Below, piece after piece: positions 58,701-64,000 of a DNA stretch of 64,000 nt; position 1 is the stretch's first letter, and each line of letters starts with the position of its first letter. Source of the DNA: Ptychomitrium polyphyllum (Eukaryota); contig OZ316775.1 in NCBI GenBank assembly GCA_973851085.1, positions 10,106,001-10,170,000 on the forward strand, in the 5' to 3' direction. A program made the position numbers and the translations under genes. The notes under the pieces are model-generated. The model was not told the origin of the DNA, made no database searches, and worked only from the letters and a program-made list of their open reading frames with translations.

Positions 58701-61321
58701 TGATCTCAACTTTTCCATTGCAATGGCAAACAATATACTTTACATTCTCACATAATCAAAGCTACACTTGTATGTGGTACAATTACTTCTACAAATGGTA
58801 TCATTTCCTTTCCATGAAGAGTCACATCATGGGTGCGCTCGGGTGCTTACCTTCACAATATGGATTAAAAATCACGTACAAAATATCCAAATGCATTTGG
58901 ATTGAATGTTTAGACAATCTAGAAAGTAGTTTTTCAAGAAAACAAAGGAAATACACTTCAGAAGATTCATTCGTGTTCAATTGCACATAATTCCTGGTGT
59001 GGTCGTTCCAGGCTCCCCTTTGTAAGACAGCCCATCCCATGCCAGCTGAGACAAATCACACACCCACCAGAATCCACAAAATGACTGTTTCAACCCTCTA
59101 ACGAAGTCAATTATTAAAATATACATGTGCACTGGGAAGTCGATCCGTGCATGGTTGTCTTATGCAACAGATTCCAGAATCCACCAAATCTAAAACCGAC
59201 ATAGACTCCAGACTGTACATCTACTCACTTCGCTAATAGGATCCTGCCATTGGTTCCCTGTCTCGCATGCTGCTGTGGAATTATTACCTGAAAACCAGCA
59301 CAGCGCCAGGTTAAAGAGCTGATTACGCTGGCGCAGAAATCGACATAGGAATCATACCATTCATTCACCGGACAACACGCTAATATCTATTTTGCTTGTA
59401 GATTAAAAGAAACGATAGTCAGAACAACTACAGGGAACAGCATCAGTGTAGCAGAGATATTAACCTTAGCAGAGGTGCGTGGATTTAGCAGAGGAACCAG
59501 CCGCCAGTACTGCCGCTAAGTGACATCTAAAATTGAATATAGGTGGGTGGGCGGTGGTGATCGAAGTGATTGCCAAGGGAGCCCTAAGACCGTGCTGGCT
59601 CTTGCTTTTACGACCGCGGTTGAATTATTACAAGGTCCGGTACCGCCCCCAGGTTGTGGATCCGGTAAGTACGCCTCCGATTGCGTCCACGCCGATTAAA
59701 AAACACCACCTCTATAGTCACGCCGGCCTCTAGACGCCGACCTCTGTGTACAGGCTTCTGCGCTGAGTCGCTGGTCCCTGGTCTCTCTCCCCCCGTCCCC
59801 TGCTCCCGCTATCATGGGCCGCAACCCCCCTTCTGCATGCCATGAGCAGTATGGCATGCATGGCATGCCGGGCCAATGATGAGTATGTCATGTTGTGCAG
59901 GGCCATGATATGCGATGGCATGATGGCCATGCGGATCACGGTCGCTTCATTCGGCTGTAGTGCACCCTTAGGCTGCGCTGCAATAACTCGTCCCCAAGAA
60001 GGGGAGCTGCAGGAGGTGCATGGCACATCTGGCCACTACTGAAAGTGAATCTTAGTAGCCGACGGCTTTTTCACTTGCACTTACTTATGACCTTGGAAGG
60101 TGCTGGAATAATGAAGCTCACCCTGTATTGGCAACGACTCTAGGTTGTGTGTATTTTCCATACTTTTAGGATGACTGTAGGAAGGAGAAGCTGGCAGCTT
60201 TGGATGAAAGATGATGGCTTGGAGTAGGAAAGTGACGCCTTTGGCAGGAATCTAGAATGGGGCGACTGAGTTTTTACTTTGAGTAAAACAGGGGGCTTTT
60301 GGAGCGTGGGAAGAAAAAGTGGAGTGCTTGGAAAGAAGAAGAAGACGAACTGCGGAGGGGAGGATTTGCGAGGATTTTGCTGTATCTGCAGGGGAGCAGG
60401 AGCGCGCCAGGGATGGGGCAGCAGCGGGGCCAGACGACAGACAGAGAGAGCTTGGTGAATGGCCCACCACGGCAGGGAGACCAGAAAAAAGGAGGAAAGA
60501 AAGGCACCACGGTAGCTTTGAGCGTAGGTGACGATGGGGGGAGGGCAGGCCCCACTGTAGGTGATGACGAGCGACGATGATCGTGTCCGGGGTGGGGGAC
60601 GGATGCTGCATCTCTGTTGGTTGCTATTGTCCTCGGTTGCCGCAGCAGCTGGAGCATTGCGCACTGTGCCCTGCTTTCGCACTTCCCCCGGTGCTCACCT
60701 CCTCTGGAGCTCTCTCCTTTCGCACAGCCCACAGTTTCAGCCTTTCCGCGTTCCGGCGTTTCGTTTCAGTCTCTCCGCGTTCCGGGGTTTCGTTTCATTA
60801 AGTGCAAGCTCAAGGATTACGTGACGAGTCGTCGGATTGAGTGGAGTCTGTTGTTTGAGCACGAGGAAAGGTGGCGGTGAAAGGTCGTGGTTTTTGGGTT
60901 GTCTGATGGTGGTTCCGTGGTTGTTTTGTGGGCGTTGGAATTTGGGTCATTGAGGAGGGAGCTTGGAGGAAGTGGCAGCGGATCTTTGGAAGACGGTGCA
61001 GATTCAGGTGCAGGCGGAAGGGGGTGTTTCTTTGCCCTGGATTGGTCTTGGATTTCGGACGTTTGGGGTGGAGTGGATTTTGTAGTCGAGTTGTGGTGTT
61101 TTTTGGGAGCGTGCATTGGTTTGTTGTGGACTTGGGGATTGTGGGGGAGGTTTTGGATCCTGGAAGCTGGAAGTGCCGGGGTGAGTGTGGGACATGACAA
61201 GAATGTAGCGCACTGTGGGATAGTTTCCCGACAGGCATGTTCAGCTGAGAGGGAGCGGGGAGGGTGAGGACAGGGTGTGTATAGAGTAGGTGGCCTGCGC
61301 GCTCAGAGGCTCTCTTTCGCA

Positions 61322-64000
61322 ATGGGGAAGAAAACAACGGAGGACGAAATGCAAGTCCCGGACACGCCCCGCTCGTCGAAGAGTCGGAAGCATCTGTCGG
61401 CGCTGGACGTTACCCCGACGAGCGGCGCCAGATCCGTGGGCAGCCGCGATGAGGTGAGTCCCCGGAGTGTGAACAAGAGCCCGCGCAGTGGCAAGCATAG
61501 CAAACTGGACTTCGGGAGCACACCGTCTGTTAAGGTCGCTGGCGGCGGCAGCCCCATACACAACGGGGACGGCGATCCGGAGTATGTCAACGCTGATATC
61601 ACGGCCGACGAGCTTCGGCAGATCGAGCAAGTGCTCCGCTCTTCGGAGCCTCGCCTCCAGGAGCTTTACAAGAAGGTCTGGTGTTGCCCCTCGGTCCCAT
61701 CTTCCCTGCTCTCAAATTCTCTGCTAATTTTATTTATCTCACTAGCATGAATCTCTTGAAAATTTGTTTCGGTTTTGCTGTGCAATGTCAGTGCGGGATT
61801 GTTATCTTCCCGCAAGTAATGGCCTCCAAGGATGTCGTGTCTTTAAAGAACGCACTCTCTGTTTTGATCTTCTGAGAAGATTACATAAAAATGTCTTGCT
61901 CTTATTCTTCTTAATATGAAATCACCTTTTACGAGCTTTGAATTTTCTGGAGGTTTGTTGCGGTCCTTTATATTCGATGTTATTATGGGATTGTAGTCTT
62001 TCATCAAACGAATGCTCTCGAAGTAAAATATCTTGTTTAGTATTCTGGCAATTTTTAGTTGCTTCCGATTACGAAGAAAACTTATAAACTTTTTGTTGCG
62101 GCGTGTTGACAGGTATCGGAGTCGTCGTTCAAGGACCATGCTGCAGTATTTGAGAATCTGCATTGGGACATTCTCAAGGAAACTGGGTACATGAGCTGGT
62201 TCGGGTTGGCCTTCACATTGGCTGGCTATCTGAGTTATCACTGCCAAGCCGAGGCTAAGTCTGCCGCGGGGGAGAAATGGTCAAGCCTTCGATCCGAGAC
62301 GGACTTCATTATTGATCAACTGGATGAGCTCAAGCTCTGCCTTGAAGTGGACAATGATATGTTCAAGATTGCTGCAGGGACTCTTCTTTACTGCTGCGCT
62401 GCTGTCCGTCTATTGAAGAAGAAGAATCGCGGGTTCGCTTTCTACCCTTCCACCACTCAGAGAAGAATGGTTTATTAAGTGATAAGTGGGAGAATAGTTG
62501 AAGATGACGTCTTTCCTGCAAGCTACTGCAGTCCTCATATAGAGTATAAATTTAGATTGAAACGGGAACATTGATGTCAAGAGTTGGTGAAGTTCAGCAA
62601 TGTGCTTTAATTTTCATGCAGCACTGTAGTTTTTTTTGACACATTTTTGGGACTAACTACAGCACTGGTTTTTCTTTTGTTCTGGCAGCTGTTTGTGCTT
62701 TGCATCTCGGAATTCAGTAGTGCCAGTGAAGGAGCAGATTGAGAATTCGATTGCAGAGCTGAAGAGTTTGCAAAAAAACATCACGTTTGCCACTTTGGCT
62801 GCAGTTGGGAACCGTGTCTCGCAGCCTGTGAGCGACGGAGGGTCAAGTGTCAAACGTTCTGGGCCTGAGAATTGGACTGCAAGTGTCGGCCTCGAGCACC
62901 ATGTTGCAACGGTATGTGAATTCGTGAGAAACAAAGGCATCTCTCTTGTTGGCATCCATGGGCAGGCTGGGTTGGGGAAGACCACCCTTCTAAATGAAAT
63001 TGTCGCTAAGATTGAGAAAGAGGAGAAGCGCTTGTTCGCTTACATTGAAGTTGGTGAAGACCTGAAGAAACTCCAAAGCTCCCTGCTTGAGCAACTCGGG
63101 GGTGGCAAGAAGGAAATAACCAGTGTTGCGCAAGGTCGCAGTGCACTCCTTGCTCAGCTCCGGAAGCTGAAAGAGAACAACAAAGTCGCTCGGATTGCTA
63201 TTGATAATCTGTATGACGTTCGTCTTGTGGGTGAGTTCTTTCCTCACAGTTTAGGAAAATTCTTGCCTGCCAACAGCTGTGTGATCATCACCTGCCCTTC
63301 TGTGGCCATTCTTAGCAAGGTGGACGCTCTTTGTCGCCCTGCAATGCCGAACTATCACTACCTGCCCTACAAGCTGCCTTGCTTGGCGCCTCAGCAAGCT
63401 AAGGCTCTTTTCATCTCTCATGCTGCCTCTGAGCCAGTGAATACATTGTACTCCATCAATGGTATTTTCTCAAAGTACGGTGATCTTGCAAACCATTTTC
63501 TGCCGTTGTGTGAGGGTCTTCCCATGGCATTAAAGGTGGTCGGGTCCTACTTCTCAAACCCAGCGAATCGGAGCGAAGAAAACTGGTTGGCCATCGGGAA
63601 GCGGATGAAGCAAGTTGCAGAGGAGATGGATACCTCTGAAGATCAGATGTTTGCCAAGTTGCTGGTAGGCTACATTGAGGGCTTTCCGTATTTCTGTAGT
63701 GAATGTGAAATTCATTTCTTATGTTCTCGTACTTGCCTTTCGTAGTCACCCTGATGTTGATGAGTTGTTTTCATTTTCGTTTGTGCTGTTTGTGTATAGG
63801 TTATCTACGAGAAGTTAGGTCCAGCTCAGAAGGAGGCATTCCTGGATATTGCAGCCTTCCTACGAGGGTGGGATTGGCGGACAGTAGAGCGGGTTGTTGG
63901 AAAGCCGCAGTTGGATACTCTTGTAGACCAAGCCATGGTCAGTGCAAAACTAAAGGATGCTGAGAGCACCAGCGGCATTTCATTGTACACGCGTTACTCT
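61322..64000 (+). CDS. NB-ARC (NLR-like) gene with an unclassified N-terminus; 3' part outside window
   Basis: Exons 61322-61675, 62113-62432, 62689-63664 and 63800->64000 join in frame. Motifs: GIHGQAGLGKTT (P-loop), ARIAIDNL (Walker B variant), SCVIITCP, CEGLPMALKVVG, YEKL..QKEAFLDIAAF. Confidence 0.9.

Noticed and set aside
60140..61337. Many 100-180 aa ORFs on both strands
   Set aside because: GC-rich promoter/5' leader of the NB-ARC gene; no recognisable domains and open in several frames.

Overview
Eukaryotic, intron-containing plant DNA, most likely a moss (inferred from a kinase-NB-ARC gene, gene sequences and very AT-rich intergenic tracts; species not determinable here). Five intact spliced genes: RPS15 (+), RPS9 (-), eIF3d (+), LL-diaminopimelate aminotransferase of the AGD2/DapL family (+) and an MLO (+). 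Each edge carries a partial NB-ARC gene. At the left (-) a plant-MLKL-like helical N-terminal domain and an apparently catalytically intact kinase are spliced in frame to an NB-ARC that has one in-frame TGA and an MHD->MHA change. At the right (+) an NB-ARC gene has an unclassified disordered + helical N-terminus. Also present: a four-exon kinesin-7 motor fragment just upstream of the left NLR, a decayed LRR-RLK, a probable NLR-LRR relic, an LTR-like element, a foldback element, tandem repeats, and a long nested hairpin with C/D-like boxes in the last eIF3d intron. All family calls come from my manual translation and motif recognition; no database searches were run.
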